64,000 bases of DNA from an uncultured Candidatus Saccharibacteria bacterium (GCA_963518125.1 CAUQHW010000004.1:6790-70789); one strand, 5' to 3'; positions 19,142-29,673 are shown, counted from the first letter of the stretch. Program-made: numbers and translations. Notes: a model not told the origin generated them from the sequence alone.

Positions 19142-21361
19142 ATGCCAAAAAAACGAAAACCTACTCGCAAGAAATCAGTTTCCACGGCTCCAAAGCATGA
19201 TGTGCCGAGCGGCTTTTGGGCGCAAGTCGGCGCGGTACTGCTCGTCGTGTTGTCGCTTCTTCTGGTGGTGGCGTGGTTTGGTGTTGGTGGTCCGGTGCTG
19301 GGGTGGCTACACAAAGCGACCATGAGCATGCTTGGTTACGCGATGTATGGGCTACCGATTTTGCTAATATATATTGCTGTGGAGATTTTCCGCGCGGAGA
19401 ATAATCGGTTACCGCTGGCGATGAAATTAGCAGCTATCCTCGAAGTAGTGTGGCTGTCAGGGCTGTTTGGTCTAGTAAAAACACCGGCCCGCCCGGAGGC
19501 TGGTGGTTTCATCGGCGATACGGCTAATCAAGCGATGAGTGCCATGGTCGACCCGGGCATCGCTGCTTTGATATATGTGGTGCTCATCATCATCACGGCG
19601 TTATTTATTACCCAGACGTCGCCGTTTACGGTGATTAAGAAAGTAGCCGAGGCGCTCAAGCGCGACCACTCTGAGGATGACAACAATGCGGCGGTGATGA
19701 AGAAGGCGGCTCGTGAAGATGTGGCCAGCGCCAAATCATCGAGCGACATCAAGTTGAATGCTGGCGTTCCGACCGTCGATCCAGTCACGCCAAAAGACAG
19801 AAGGACGTCACCATTGAGCAGTCTGCGCGGCAGTGTGGCGCGGGATAAGGTCGCCGAAGAGCAAGCAGCGTTGGTGGCGGCGCACGATCCGAACTGGCAG
19901 GCGCCAAGCCTTGATCTGCTGGAGAAAAAGCAAAGTCCGGCTGATGCTGGTGATATTCGGCAAAACGCGCAGATTATTCATGACACCTTGGCAGAGTTTA
20001 ATATCGACGTAGAGATGGAAGATGCAAATATTGGGCCAAAGGTAACGCAGTATACCTTGCGGCCGCCAAGCGGCGTGAAGTTAACGCGTATTACGGCGCT
20101 GGAGACGAATATTGCTTTGAATTTGGCAGCGCAGAGTCTGCGTATCGAGGCGCCGATTCCTGGGCAAAAAGCCGTTGGTATTGAAGTGCCAAACCGCCGG
20201 GCCGCTGATGTGCGACTATACGGCGTTCTGGACTCGAAGCAGTGGAAGAATGCTCGCGAACCATTGAGTTTTGCCATCGGTAAGGATATCTCTGGTGAAG
20301 CGGTGGTTGGTGAGCTCAACAAAATGCCGCACATGCTGATCGCTGGTCAGACCGGTTCTGGTAAGTCGGTGATGATTAATACCTTGCTAACTAGTTTGCT
20401 ATATCGCAACAGCCCGAGCGACATGAAATTGATTTTGGTTGACCCAAAGCAGGTGGAAATGGCACCGTATGAGGATATTCCACATCTGTTAACACCAGTG
20501 ATTACTGAGCCAGAAAAGACTATCTCGGCCTTGAAATGGGCGGTCAATGAGATGGAACGGCGGTATAAGTTGTTGGCCGCCGAGAAGATTCGCGATATCA
20601 AGAGCTATAATCAACGCCTCGCCACGCGAGCTAAAAAAATCCCAGTAGCGGACGCTGATGGCAATATTCAACAGCACGAAGACGGGGCGATGCCGTATAT
20701 TACTATTGTGATTGACGAGCTGGCCGATTTGATGATGGTGGCGGCGCGTGACGTTGAGGCGCTGATCGTTCGCTTGGCGCAGAAAGCCCGAGCGGTGGGT
20801 ATTCACTTGGTCTTGGCAACACAGCGGCCGAGTGTCGACGTGATTACTGGTTTGATCAAGGCGAACGTGCCAGCACGAATTGGTTTTACGGTGGCGTCGC
20901 AAGTTGACTCGCGGACCATTCTTGACCAAATTGGTGCCGAGAAACTACTTGGTCAGGGTGATATGCTACTATACACGCCGAGTATGAGTAAGCCAAAGCG
21001 TATCCAAGGTGCGTGGGTTACCGATGACGAGGTTAATAAAATTACTGACCACCTGAGGATGCAGTCAGCGCCACAGTACAATGATGAGGTAGTAGCGCAG
21101 CCAGTTCAGCTGAATGGCAAGGGTGGTATGGCGGTTGATTTTGGCGGTGGTGGTGAAGATGAAGCATTTATGGACGCGGTGCGAGTGGTGATTGAGGGCG
21201 GTAAGGCCTCTACCAGCTACCTGCAGCGGCGGCTGCGGATAGGTTACGGCAAGGCAGCCCGGCTGATTGAAGAGATGGAAGAGCGTGGCATTGTCGGCCC
21301 AGCGAACGGCTCAAAAGCTCGTGATGTTTTGGTCTCAAGTGTCGATGAGCTAGGGCAATAG
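19142..21361 (+). CDS. ftsK: DNA translocase FtsK
   Basis: N-terminal TMs, GQTGSGKS, IDELAD, ATQRPS, gamma domain (LQRRLRIGYGKAARLI). Confidence 0.97.
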   Translation: MPKKRKPTRKKSVSTAPKHDVPSGFWAQVGAVLLVVLSLLLVVAWFGVGGPVLGWLHKATMSMLGYAMYGLPILLIYIAVEIFRAENNRLPLAMKLAAILEVVWLSGLFGLVKTPARPEAGGFIGDTANQAMSAMVDPGIAALIYVVLIIITALFITQTSPFTVIKKVAEALKRDHSEDDNNAAVMKKAAREDVASAKSSSDIKLNAGVPTVDPVTPKDRRTSPLSSLRGSVARDKVAEEQAALVAAHDPNWQAPSLDLLEKKQSPADAGDIRQNAQIIHDTLAEFNIDVEMEDANIGPKVTQYTLRPPSGVKLTRITALETNIALNLAAQSLRIEAPIPGQKAVGIEVPNRRAADVRLYGVLDSKQWKNAREPLSFAIGKDISGEAVVGELNKMPHMLIAGQTGSGKSVMINTLLTSLLYRNSPSDMKLILVDPKQVEMAPYEDIPHLLTPVITEPEKTISALKWAVNEMERRYKLLAAEKIRDIKSYNQRLATRAKKIPVADADGNIQQHEDGAMPYITIVIDELADLMMVAARDVEALIVRLAQKARAVGIHLVLATQRPSVDVITGLIKANVPARIGFTVASQVDSRTILDQIGAEKLLGQGDMLLYTPSMSKPKRIQGAWVTDDEVNKITDHLRMQSAPQYNDEVVAQPVQLNGKGGMAVDFGGGGEDEAFMDAVRVVIEGGKASTSYLQRRLRIGYGKAARLIEEMEERGIVGPANGSKARDVLVSSVDELGQ

Positions 21362-21436
21362 CTAGCTTGACATAATTATTTTATAGGTTATAATACGCTA
21401 AGTGAGAAGTTGATTTGTATGTGGAAGGATGGCTAC

Positions 21437-22342
21437 ATGGCGCACATAAGTTGTAGAAATAATGGAGAATTATCTCCTGATAGTAAAGGCGACAAGTTAA
21501 GGAAGCTTCTTGTGCTGGGGGTTGCTGCAGTCACGTTAGCCGTATCGGGTATACTTGGGTATAGTCTTGGCCGGTCACACGATGTTCCGCCCGCACCATC
21601 AGTAGAAAATACCGATGGTGGAACATCCAAAGAGTCCAATGATAGTTCGAGAGTGGAAGAAATTACATTTACGCTACCAAACACCGAAGGCCGTCGAGAG
21701 GCAGAGGTCTTTTTAAAGGATCCCAATATAGTCCAGTCTGCGCGCGATGTTGCTGGACGAGTGCTTACTGCTGCAGGGAAGTCGGTTGATAGTAATGCTG
21801 CTCGACTCGTTCGCCAAGATTATTATGATGATCACAATAGGCCTAAACAGCAGTCAATAACAATTACAGATGATAAGGGACACGTGGTATCGGTTGATGT
21901 TGCTCAAGGCGACAAAAGGTTTGGTGGAAGTGAGATCGCAGTAGAAGTTACCACTGATATAATTGAGGTCGGCGCAAAGAGTAGACAGACGGATCGGATA
22001 ACGTGGCGGTTGGATTTTTTGTCTCCAGAACCTGTGGCACATCAGCATATCGAATCTCCAGAAGCACTACTACCGGCTCTAGAAGGCGTGTTACCGACGA
22101 AAGTGGAATGGTCGCACAGACAGACTGCTGATGGTTGGTCGGAGACTAAGGAAATTACAATCGTTTCACCAAAGTCTGTCTCGCCATCGAGACCAGATTA
22201 TGAAAGCATAGCGGCGGTACCGGCTAAGGGAGAGATTAATGGTCGGGCCGTGGAGAGTGCTAAGGTATATGATGCGGCAAAAAGCCTATTTGATCGGCTC
22301 GCGACCGATGGTGATATATCCGATATCTTGCCCTCTCAGTAA
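21437..22342 (+). CDS. Orphan membrane-anchored hypothetical protein
   Basis: TM helix near the N-terminus; promoter TTGACA 21367 / TATAAT 21389. Confidence 0.7.
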   Translation: MAHISCRNNGELSPDSKGDKLRKLLVLGVAAVTLAVSGILGYSLGRSHDVPPAPSVENTDGGTSKESNDSSRVEEITFTLPNTEGRREAEVFLKDPNIVQSARDVAGRVLTAAGKSVDSNAARLVRQDYYDDHNRPKQQSITITDDKGHVVSVDVAQGDKRFGGSEIAVEVTTDIIEVGAKSRQTDRITWRLDFLSPEPVAHQHIESPEALLPALEGVLPTKVEWSHRQTADGWSETKEITIVSPKSVSPSRPDYESIAAVPAKGEINGRAVESAKVYDAAKSLFDRLATDGDISDILPSQ

Positions 22343-22343
22343 A

Positions 22344-23153
22344 CTAACGTGCCGCCAGATATTCACCAAGTAGTGTTATTTTGTGGCCAGTTGAGGTAAT
22401 TTTATTAATGGCGCGATGTAATGACGGGCCAGCAGCGTCAACGGTCATGAAGAATTTATAGTTCCATGGTTGACCGACGATGGGCTGGGACTGGAGGCTG
22501 GTGAGGTTAATGGACTGATCGGCGAATGTGCGGAGTATTTCAAGGAGGCTGCCTGGCTGATGGGCGGTGGTCACCACAAGCGTTGCTCGATCAGCGTCGG
22601 TCGCCGTGGTTATCTGGTCAAGGACCAGGAAACGCGTGATGTTGTCCTGAGCATCTTGGATGTGGTGTTTGAGAATTGGCATATTGTATAGTTGGGCAGC
22701 AGTTTCGCTAGCAATGGCCGCTAGGTGTGGTGAACCCCGTTGCTTGATGAATTCGACAGCGCCAGCGGTATCAAAATATTCAATTTGTGCGGCTTGTGGT
22801 AGGTGTTCTCGGAGAAAATGCTGACACTGTGACAGGGCGACAGGATGTGAATAGACAGCGGTGATGTCTTCAAGTTTTGTGCCTGGATTGGTGATGAGGG
22901 TTTGTTGAATAGCAAGCGTCACTTCACCAACGATGGGAGCACTGCAGGATTCAATGTGACGGTAAGTTTCGTTGATGGTGCCATAAATGGTATTTTCCAC
23001 TGCCACGACAACGGCGTCGGCTTTATTGCGGGCATAGGCTTGAAAGACGTCGCCAAAGGTCATGCACGGAACAACGGTAGCGTCAGGTCCGTACCATTGT
23101 TTTGCTGCTTGTTCATGAAATGATCCAGCTTGTCCTTGAATGGCGATACGCAT
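22344..23153 (-). CDS. pheA: Prephenate dehydratase (PDT + ACT)
   Basis: IAIQG..GSF, EN...G, SHPVAL.QC, DNITRF, C-terminal ACT domain ending LLGEY. Confidence 0.9.
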   Translation of the reverse strand: MRIAIQGQAGSFHEQAAKQWYGPDATVVPCMTFGDVFQAYARNKADAVVVAVENTIYGTINETYRHIESCSAPIVGEVTLAIQQTLITNPGTKLEDITAVYSHPVALSQCQHFLREHLPQAAQIEYFDTAGAVEFIKQRGSPHLAAIASETAAQLYNMPILKHHIQDAQDNITRFLVLDQITTATDADRATLVVTTAHQPGSLLEILRTFADQSINLTSLQSQPIVGQPWNYKFFMTVDAAGPSLHRAINKITSTGHKITLLGEYLAAR

Positions 23154-23289
23154 GAACTCTATTGTAACATGGTCTGGCGGGGTGTATCACTGGACTTTTG
23201 CATCAGATTACCGTATAATACGAGAGAATAATAACCTAAGGTTATGTGCGATAACATAACCATCCGTAATGGATTCCAAAGGAGGAAAC

Positions 23290-23649
23290 ATGAACGAATA
23301 CGAACTGACCGTTCTAGTCCATCCAGATTTGGAAGCAAATCTGGATGCGGCCCTAGACAAGGTCCGGTCGCTCGTCACTACCAATGGTGGCGAAATTACC
23401 AAAGAAGACAATTGGGGCAAGAAAAAACTAGCCTATACAATTCGCCGTGAAGACTTTGCGGTGTATGTTTACTTTGAGGTGAAGTTGCCAAGCAGTGCAC
23501 CGCTCAAGATATCAAATGTTCTGAATATCACCGACGAGGTACTTCGTTATTTGTTGGTTAAGACCGACGAGAAGACACGCCAGGCGCTTGCTGAGCAGAA
23601 AGAGCGCGAAGCCAAGGCCGCTACCGAGGCGGCTGATAAAGAAGCCTAA
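23290..23649 (+). CDS. rpsF: 30S ribosomal protein S6
   Basis: YELTVLVHP, WGKKKLAYTI, EVLRYL; AGGAGG RBS. Confidence 0.97.
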   Translation: MNEYELTVLVHPDLEANLDAALDKVRSLVTTNGGEITKEDNWGKKKLAYTIRREDFAVYVYFEVKLPSSAPLKISNVLNITDEVLRYLLVKTDEKTRQALAEQKEREAKAATEAADKEA

Positions 23650-23686
23650 CATTCAACGCGATACATAATAAAAAAGGAGGGTCATC

Positions 23687-24115
23687 ATGGCACGAAGTAT
23701 TAACCAAGTTATCTTACTGGGACGGTTAACACGCGATCCAGAGCAGCGGACAACGCCATCAGGTCGGACAGTTGTCAGCTTCAGTATTGCAGTTGATCGT
23801 GCCGGACAGGATGATCAGGCTGACTTTTTCGACGTTACCGCGTGGGAAAAATTGGGCGAACTGGTGATGCAGTACCTGTCAAAAGGCCGCCGCGTGTTGG
23901 TGCAGGGTCGGTTGCGACAGGACAGCTGGGATGATAAAGAAACCGGCAAGCGCCGCTCGCGTATTGAAGTGACGGCGACCGACGTAACATTTCTTGATGC
24001 TCCGAGCGGCGATAGCGCGAATACAACTGCACCACGTAATACTAATACCAAGCAGGCTGAGACCGTAGCGGATATTGATGATAAGCCGATCGATCTTAGC
24101 GAGATACCGTTCTAA
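23687..24115 (+). CDS. ssb: Single-stranded DNA-binding protein
   Basis: [26 protein letters not shown]-terminal IPF. Confidence 0.97.
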   Translation: MARSINQVILLGRLTRDPEQRTTPSGRTVVSFSIAVDRAGQDDQADFFDVTAWEKLGELVMQYLSKGRRVLVQGRLRQDSWDDKETGKRRSRIEVTATDVTFLDAPSGDSANTTAPRNTNTKQAETVADIDDKPIDLSEIPF

Positions 24116-24126
24116 AGGAGAGCAAA

Positions 24127-24330
24127 ATGGCAAAACGATTAAAGAAAGATACCCCAACGGTTTTTGACTACAAGGATGTCAAAACATTAATGCGCTATGT
24201 TAATGCGTATGGTCAAATTGAGCCGATAGCGAAGACGGGTCTCAGTGTCAAGCAGCAGCGTAGCTTGGCAGTGGCAATCAAGCGTGCTCGGCACTTAGCA
24301 TTGCTGCCGTTTGTATCGCAAGGGCAATAA
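24127..24330 (+). CDS. rpsR: 30S ribosomal protein S18 (zinc-free form)
   Basis: [23 protein letters not shown]. Confidence 0.96.
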   Translation: MAKRLKKDTPTVFDYKDVKTLMRYVNAYGQIEPIAKTGLSVKQQRSLAVAIKRARHLALLPFVSQGQ

Positions 24331-24604
24331 GTATACGTTGAGGGAACTCTCTAATCCCAGACGTATTTAGAGATAAGAGAGAAAGTCGAGTGGTCTGTGC
24401 AGGGTAAGGTGCGGGCCACTGCTGTTTGTGGGCTGCTGTACAGCGTGTTTTTATTTTTGATACAAGATAGTATTATGATGTTACTAAGCCCACTGTGGGG
24501 TGTTTGAGTAAAAAATATGTTCAGTCAGCGAGAAATACTCTACCGTCCGAAAGAATGTTAGAATTAGGTACGGTAGTTTAAAGTTATAGGAAAGGAAAGA
24601 CAAT

Positions 24605-25165
24605 ATGTATCAGCCGACAGATCTTAAAAAAGGTACGGTTTGTCAGATTGACGGTAAGCCATACCGCGTCATTGAATATGGACAGAAGGTTATGGGGCGT
24701 GGAGGTTCTATTGTGAACGTTAAATTGAAAAACTTACTGGATGGAAGTGTCATCCCGAAAACCTTTAAGGGTCAAGACAAAATTGAGCCAGCTGAGGTGA
24801 CTAGCAAGACTGTTCAATATTTATATCATGACGGAGATATGTTCTGCTTCATGGATCCAGAAAGTTTTGAACAATTTGAACTGTCTAATGATGTGGTAGA
24901 TGAGGCAAAAAATTATTTGAAAGAAGGTTGTGAGCTGAATCTCCAGGTGTTTGACGGGCGAGTGATTAATGTTGAATTATCAAAAAATCTTTATCTCGAA
25001 GTTACATATACCGAAGATGTCGTGAAGGGCGATACAACCTCAAGCGTACTTAAGGATGCAACGCTTGAGACGGGCCTTGTTATTAAGGTACCAGCATTCA
25101 TTAAACAGGGCGATATTGTCAGTGTTGACACAGCGACGGGTGAATATCGAGAGCGCAAAAAATGA
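24605..25165 (+). CDS. efp: Elongation factor P
   Basis: QYLY.DG, KGDT, ATLETG...VP.FI..G....VDT..GEY..R. Confidence 0.96.
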   Translation: MYQPTDLKKGTVCQIDGKPYRVIEYGQKVMGRGGSIVNVKLKNLLDGSVIPKTFKGQDKIEPAEVTSKTVQYLYHDGDMFCFMDPESFEQFELSNDVVDEAKNYLKEGCELNLQVFDGRVINVELSKNLYLEVTYTEDVVKGDTTSSVLKDATLETGLVIKVPAFIKQGDIVSVDTATGEYRERKK

Positions 25166-25189
25166 CAAAAGGGTCTTCTTGCCAGAAGC

Positions 25190-25219
25190 GTCGCCCAGGG
25201 TGTTCGGGCGACACTTTTT
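25190..25219 (+). terminator. Intrinsic terminator after efp
   Basis: GTCGCCC...GGGCGAC followed by T-tract. Confidence 0.7.
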
Positions 25220-25609
25220 ATTGTCATAAATACATCAAATAACGACAAAGAATGGAACGAGATTTTAGGTATTGATGCTAAAAATACAACGTAATGTATG
25301 TATAGCTGGTAGGGTGTTTTTGGTGATACATATAATAATTATTTTCATGAAAAATATGAGCCTATTTGCGATAATGGTGAGAGTTTTCTTGGCCACTACA
25401 GGGGTAAATATAACTATTGATGTATAAATTACACTGATGCGTAGTATACAACGTTGTATTTTAGTTAACGTAGAATTAATGATAGAAAAGATCAGCCAAT
25501 AGGTAAAAACAAGAATAGCTATTGATGTATTTATAACAGCATTTATGCTATCGCAGTAGGTCGCTAATGATTGAGAAAAATATGTATTCAGGCTACAATG
25601 AGAAGTGAC

Positions 25610-26329
25610 ATGAAGCAGCGATTAGATAAAATGATACTAGAACGCGGGTTGGTTGAATCGCGTTCAGAAGCAGAGAATTGGATAGGCTTAGGGCAAGTCA
25701 TGGTCAATGGTAGGGTGGCGACGCGTCCCGGATGTTTCGTTAACGAGACAGCAGACATTACATTGCTGACTCGTGAGCGGTACGTTTCGCGTGCAGGACT
25801 CAAGCTAGCGAGTGTGGCGGATAGTTTTCGGTTGAACTTTCAGGGGAAAACAGTGCTGGACATAGGGTCGAGTACGGGTGGATTTACTGATTTTGCGCTG
25901 CGTCATGGCGCCCGACGCGTGTATGCTGTTGATGTGGGCACGAATCAGTTGCACCATCGACTGCGTGACGATCGGCGCATAATATTACACGAAAAGACAG
26001 ACATTCGTGACTTTGAGCTTGATTGTCCACCAGACATTATCGTGGGAGACGTGTCATTTATTAGTCTGCGCGACATTCTACCACACGTTGCAAAACGGCT
26101 GATGGGCAGTGCGACGGTGCTTGTAGCAATGGTAAAACCGCAGTTCGAGGCAGGGCATCATTTGGTACAAAAGGGTGTTGTAAAAAATGCTGCTATACGA
26201 CGAAAGATCCTGACCGATTTTGAGCAATGGGCAAAACAGTATTTTGTAGTTCTTGATAAAAAGGATAGCACCGTCGCTGGTAGTAAGGGTAACGTTGAGC
26301 GCTTTTATAAGCTACAACTGAAAAAATAA
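25610..26329 (+). CDS. tlyA: TlyA-family rRNA 2'-O-methyltransferase (S4 + FtsJ)
   Basis: RLD S4 start, YVSRAGLKL, DIGSSTGGFTD, DVSFIS, KPQFE, GN.E. Confidence 0.93.
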   Translation: MKQRLDKMILERGLVESRSEAENWIGLGQVMVNGRVATRPGCFVNETADITLLTRERYVSRAGLKLASVADSFRLNFQGKTVLDIGSSTGGFTDFALRHGARRVYAVDVGTNQLHHRLRDDRRIILHEKTDIRDFELDCPPDIIVGDVSFISLRDILPHVAKRLMGSATVLVAMVKPQFEAGHHLVQKGVVKNAAIRRKILTDFEQWAKQYFVVLDKKDSTVAGSKGNVERFYKLQLKK

Positions 26330-26398
26330 CAGAGGTAATAACTGTAGTAAAAATAGCATCGTTGTATTTAAGGTAACGTAGTATAATATACAATAAGG

Positions 26399-27478
26399 TT
26401 AGACATTGAACCGAAATTCGACGACATCATTAGGCTGCATGATGTAATTTTTACCCTCAGTGCGTATTTTACCCGCTTCACGGGCCTTAGCTTCTGAACC
26501 TGCGGCAACAAGGTCGTGGTAGCTAATGACTTGCGCGGCGATGAATCCGCGCTCAAAGTCTGAGTGGATGACGCCAGCAGCCTGTGGCGCCGTCCAGCCT
26601 TTATGTATTGTCCATGCTCTAACTTCCTTCTGACCTGCCGTGAGATAGCTCTGTAGACCAAGTGTGTCGTACGCGGCATGGATAAGCTGCGACAATCCAG
26701 TTTCGGAAGCTCCGTAGCTATCAAGCAGTTCCAAAGCGTCATTATTTGATAATTCTCTGAGCTCTTCTTCAAGCTTGGCACAAATAAATAATACTCGAGC
26801 TGGCGCGACGAGTTTGGCAAGTTTTTCCTGTAGGACATGGTCGCCGAGCCCCGCCTCGTCAACATTAAATGTATAAATAATTGGCTTGGCGGTGAGTAAA
26901 TGAAGATCATTAATTATCTCATATTTGATATTTTCTATGGATGCTATTGGTGTACCTGAATTAAGTGATGTCAGGAGCGTTTCAAGATATGTAGCCACCT
27001 GTCGTGCCTCCGGCTTGGCTTTGGCTTCTTTTTGGAGACGAGGCAGACGATGTTCTATAGTTTGGATGTCGGCAAGGATAAGTTCGGTATTGATGATGTC
27101 AATGTCAGCCTGAGGATTAATCGGGGTATTGTCGTGTCGTAATATATCTGAGTTTTCAAAGGCGCGAACGATGTGGATAATGGCGTCGCATTCGCGAATA
27201 TTGTGCAGGAATTTATTGCCAAGCCCTTCTCCTTTTGAGGCGCCAGCTACCAATCCAGCGATGTCGACGAACGTTACGGTCGCGGGGATAATTTTTTGCG
27301 TATCATACAGTTTTGCGAGCACATCGAGCCGCTCATCGGGAACCGGTACGATGCCAGTATTCGGTTCAATGGTGGCAAACGGGTAATTAGCCGCTAGAAT
27401 ATTATTGTTAGTAAGCGCATTAAATATGGTCGACTTACCGACATTTGGCAGGCCGACGATTCCGATTGATAGACTCAT
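26399..27478 (-). CDS. ychF: Ribosome-binding ATPase YchF
   Basis: GIVGLPNVGKST, ANYPFATIEPN, DIAGLV, C-terminal FRFNV. Confidence 0.97.
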   Translation of the reverse strand: MSLSIGIVGLPNVGKSTIFNALTNNNILAANYPFATIEPNTGIVPVPDERLDVLAKLYDTQKIIPATVTFVDIAGLVAGASKGEGLGNKFLHNIRECDAIIHIVRAFENSDILRHDNTPINPQADIDIINTELILADIQTIEHRLPRLQKEAKAKPEARQVATYLETLLTSLNSGTPIASIENIKYEIINDLHLLTAKPIIYTFNVDEAGLGDHVLQEKLAKLVAPARVLFICAKLEEELRELSNNDALELLDSYGASETGLSQLIHAAYDTLGLQSYLTAGQKEVRAWTIHKGWTAPQAAGVIHSDFERGFIAAQVISYHDLVAAGSEAKAREAGKIRTEGKNYIMQPNDVVEFRFNV

Positions 27479-27542
27479 ATCGTGTATTATAACAAATTAT
27501 ACAAACTTGCCTCAGTGTATAATATGTATTAGAATAAGCAGT

Positions 27543-28037
27543 ATGAATAAGGTTATTGTCTCGCGAATATTTATGATAGTGGGTATCATGTTGAGTGCCG
27601 GGGCGATAGTCGCCGTTATCATGATGGTGATGGGGCGATTGCATGTTGGACTAAAAGAGCCGAGCCAAGATATCGCGCCAACCGCTAAGATGATGTGTGG
27701 CGAGGATATGATAAAAGAATATCGGTCAATTATCGCTGCGCCAAATGGGTATGGTCCGACAGCGCTTGAGGGGCTGGTGAAGAAGATCTCAGAGCGTGGT
27801 GGTCCGGGTGACGATGCGGTGTGTCACTATATTGTGCTTCACGATGCATCGCTACGGAATGACCGCCAGCGGATTGATCAGATTCATCAAGGGTTGGTCA
27901 ACTCGATGAAGATGCGTCAGGCGGTCGAGCCGTTTTATCGACTGGGTATTAATCAGGATACGGTAAAAGCACTGGTCGAGATCGGTAAGGCTGATGCGGG
28001 TGCGGGGAATAAGGATGGTACACCGGGTCAGGGTTAG
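27543..28037 (+). CDS. Membrane-anchored hypothetical protein, first gene of the pilus-associated cluster
   Basis: N-terminal TM, Cys pair; TAGAAT 7 nt upstream of ATG. Confidence 0.7.
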   Translation: MNKVIVSRIFMIVGIMLSAGAIVAVIMMVMGRLHVGLKEPSQDIAPTAKMMCGEDMIKEYRSIIAAPNGYGPTALEGLVKKISERGGPGDDAVCHYIVLHDASLRNDRQRIDQIHQGLVNSMKMRQAVEPFYRLGINQDTVKALVEIGKADAGAGNKDGTPGQG

Positions 28038-29673
28038 GGTCGGACTACGGCTTGTTATTGGCTATATGCTGGCACTTGTGGTTGTCGCATCGACGTTGGC
28101 GATTATTGGTGCGGATAGAGCAGAGGCGGTGGACTGTAGCGGTTTGAGCGGCCGACGACGTTTGATGTGTATTAATGCACGCAATGATGGTGAACGGTTT
28201 GCGGTGCAATATATCTGTAAGGGTGGCGGAACGCGGTGCGGTGCGATGTGGATGTCGTCACCTGGGACGTCGTATACGAATGATGTTATTAACACCGTTA
28301 GCTGGAATGCGACGTCATTATCACTTGACTTGAGGGGGTCAGTGAATGGTAATGGTCAGTCGCGAGCACGGGTGTGGGCAACAAATGTAACGGTTAGTCA
28401 GAATGGTCGGACATTACTATCTGGCGGTACGCTTGATCGTGGGACGCATCCATCGGGCGCGTACCACTGGGTTGATGGCGGTAGCAGCATTCGAGTAAAT
28501 GGAATTGACATATCTGGCGTAATTGCACCAGGAAGTTCCGGCCGTATCATTTTGCAGGTGCGGCGCTGTTTCTATAGTAGTCCAGGCGGTAGCGGTGCTT
28601 GTGCGACACAAGATGTCGAGGTATGGATTAAGCGTGAGCAGGCGCCAAACCAATGGACCGTTGAAGGGCAATCGCGAGTGTCAATCAATGGTGGCAGTTT
28701 AGTGCAAAACGCGACCGCTGCGCCAGGACAGCGCGTACGATTTTTTCATTATCTACGGAATAATTCTTCGTACACGATTCCTCCCTATACCCTAAAGCGC
28801 ATAGGAATTAATCAGGATGTTAATGGTACGACAACCCATCATGCGTGGGCGTCGCCGTATACGCGTAGTGCTAGCCCGTGGAATACGTTTTATGAGCCGA
28901 GCGACGTTAAGCCATATAATAATGTCTTTGGGGCTGAGGGGATCGTGACGCAAGATGATGTCGGTAAAACAGTATGTCAAAAGATCTTATGGCTGCCGGG
29001 TGCGTGGAATACTGACGGCTGGGGGGTCTCATCGAATGCCTGTGCATCGGTGCCGTATGATTATGAGTTGCGGCCGGAGGTGCAGGCGCCAGATTATATT
29101 AATGAAGGAACGATTGAGGTGAGTGGCGTGACCGCGCGAATTAATCATACAGGATCGACACGGTCAAATCGGGCAAATTATGCTGTAGTGCGGTTTGTGT
29201 TAAGGGGTGGTGGAAATTATACCGTGCCGGGCGGTGAGGGAGTTGTTGTGCCGTATGATAGACGTTCGCCGGGTAATTTAGTGGGCGATTGGGATTGTTA
29301 TATCGCCAAGAACACGATTAAAAATAGTCGACCGGGTTTGCAGGTGGCAGATTGTACGTCAAATAATTTGGCACGTAATGGCGCGGGAACAATTATCCAG
29401 CGAGGTGGGCTGGAAATTCCGCTTGGCAAGGATAACTTGAGCGGAGTGACGATGACGACTGGCGACCAGTTGTGCTATATGACTATTGTGAGTACATATA
29501 ACCAACATGTGAATACCAGTACGTTTCGCTATGCGGTAGATTGTGCAAGAGTCGCTGGACGGCCAAAAGTTCAGTTCTGGGGGGCGGATGTGCGGGTTGG
29601 TGTCGGGATAGACGGCAGTGCGGGTAATAATAATGCAGAAGTCAGGACATCACTGACGAGGGTGAGGCGATAG
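27994..29673 (+). CDS. Large secreted Cys-containing beta-rich protein (putative pilus adhesin, part 1)
   Basis: Signal peptide (AEA cleavage), many Cys, Gly/Ser/Thr-rich; upstream of pilM; start uncertain (27994 or 28015). Confidence 0.7.
   Translation: MRVRGIRMVHRVRVRVGLRLVIGYMLALVVVASTLAIIGADRAEAVDCSGLSGRRRLMCINARNDGERFAVQYICKGGGTRCGAMWMSSPGTSYTNDVINTVSWNATSLSLDLRGSVNGNGQSRARVWATNVTVSQNGRTLLSGGTLDRGTHPSGAYHWVDGGSSIRVNGIDISGVIAPGSSGRIILQVRRCFYSSPGGSGACATQDVEVWIKREQAPNQWTVEGQSRVSINGGSLVQNATAAPGQRVRFFHYLRNNSSYTIPPYTLKRIGINQDVNGTTTHHAWASPYTRSASPWNTFYEPSDVKPYNNVFGAEGIVTQDDVGKTVCQKILWLPGAWNTDGWGVSSNACASVPYDYELRPEVQAPDYINEGTIEVSGVTARINHTGSTRSNRANYAVVRFVLRGGGNYTVPGGEGVVVPYDRRSPGNLVGDWDCYIAKNTIKNSRPGLQVADCTSNNLARNGAGTIIQRGGLEIPLGKDNLSGVTMTTGDQLCYMTIVSTYNQHVNTSTFRYAVDCARVAGRPKVQFWGADVRVGVGIDGSAGNNNAEVRTSLTRVRR

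Noticed and set aside
23235..23290. S6:S18-binding leader upstream of rpsF
   Set aside because: Hairpins are present (GGTTATGT/ACATAACC) but I could not confidently match the known motif
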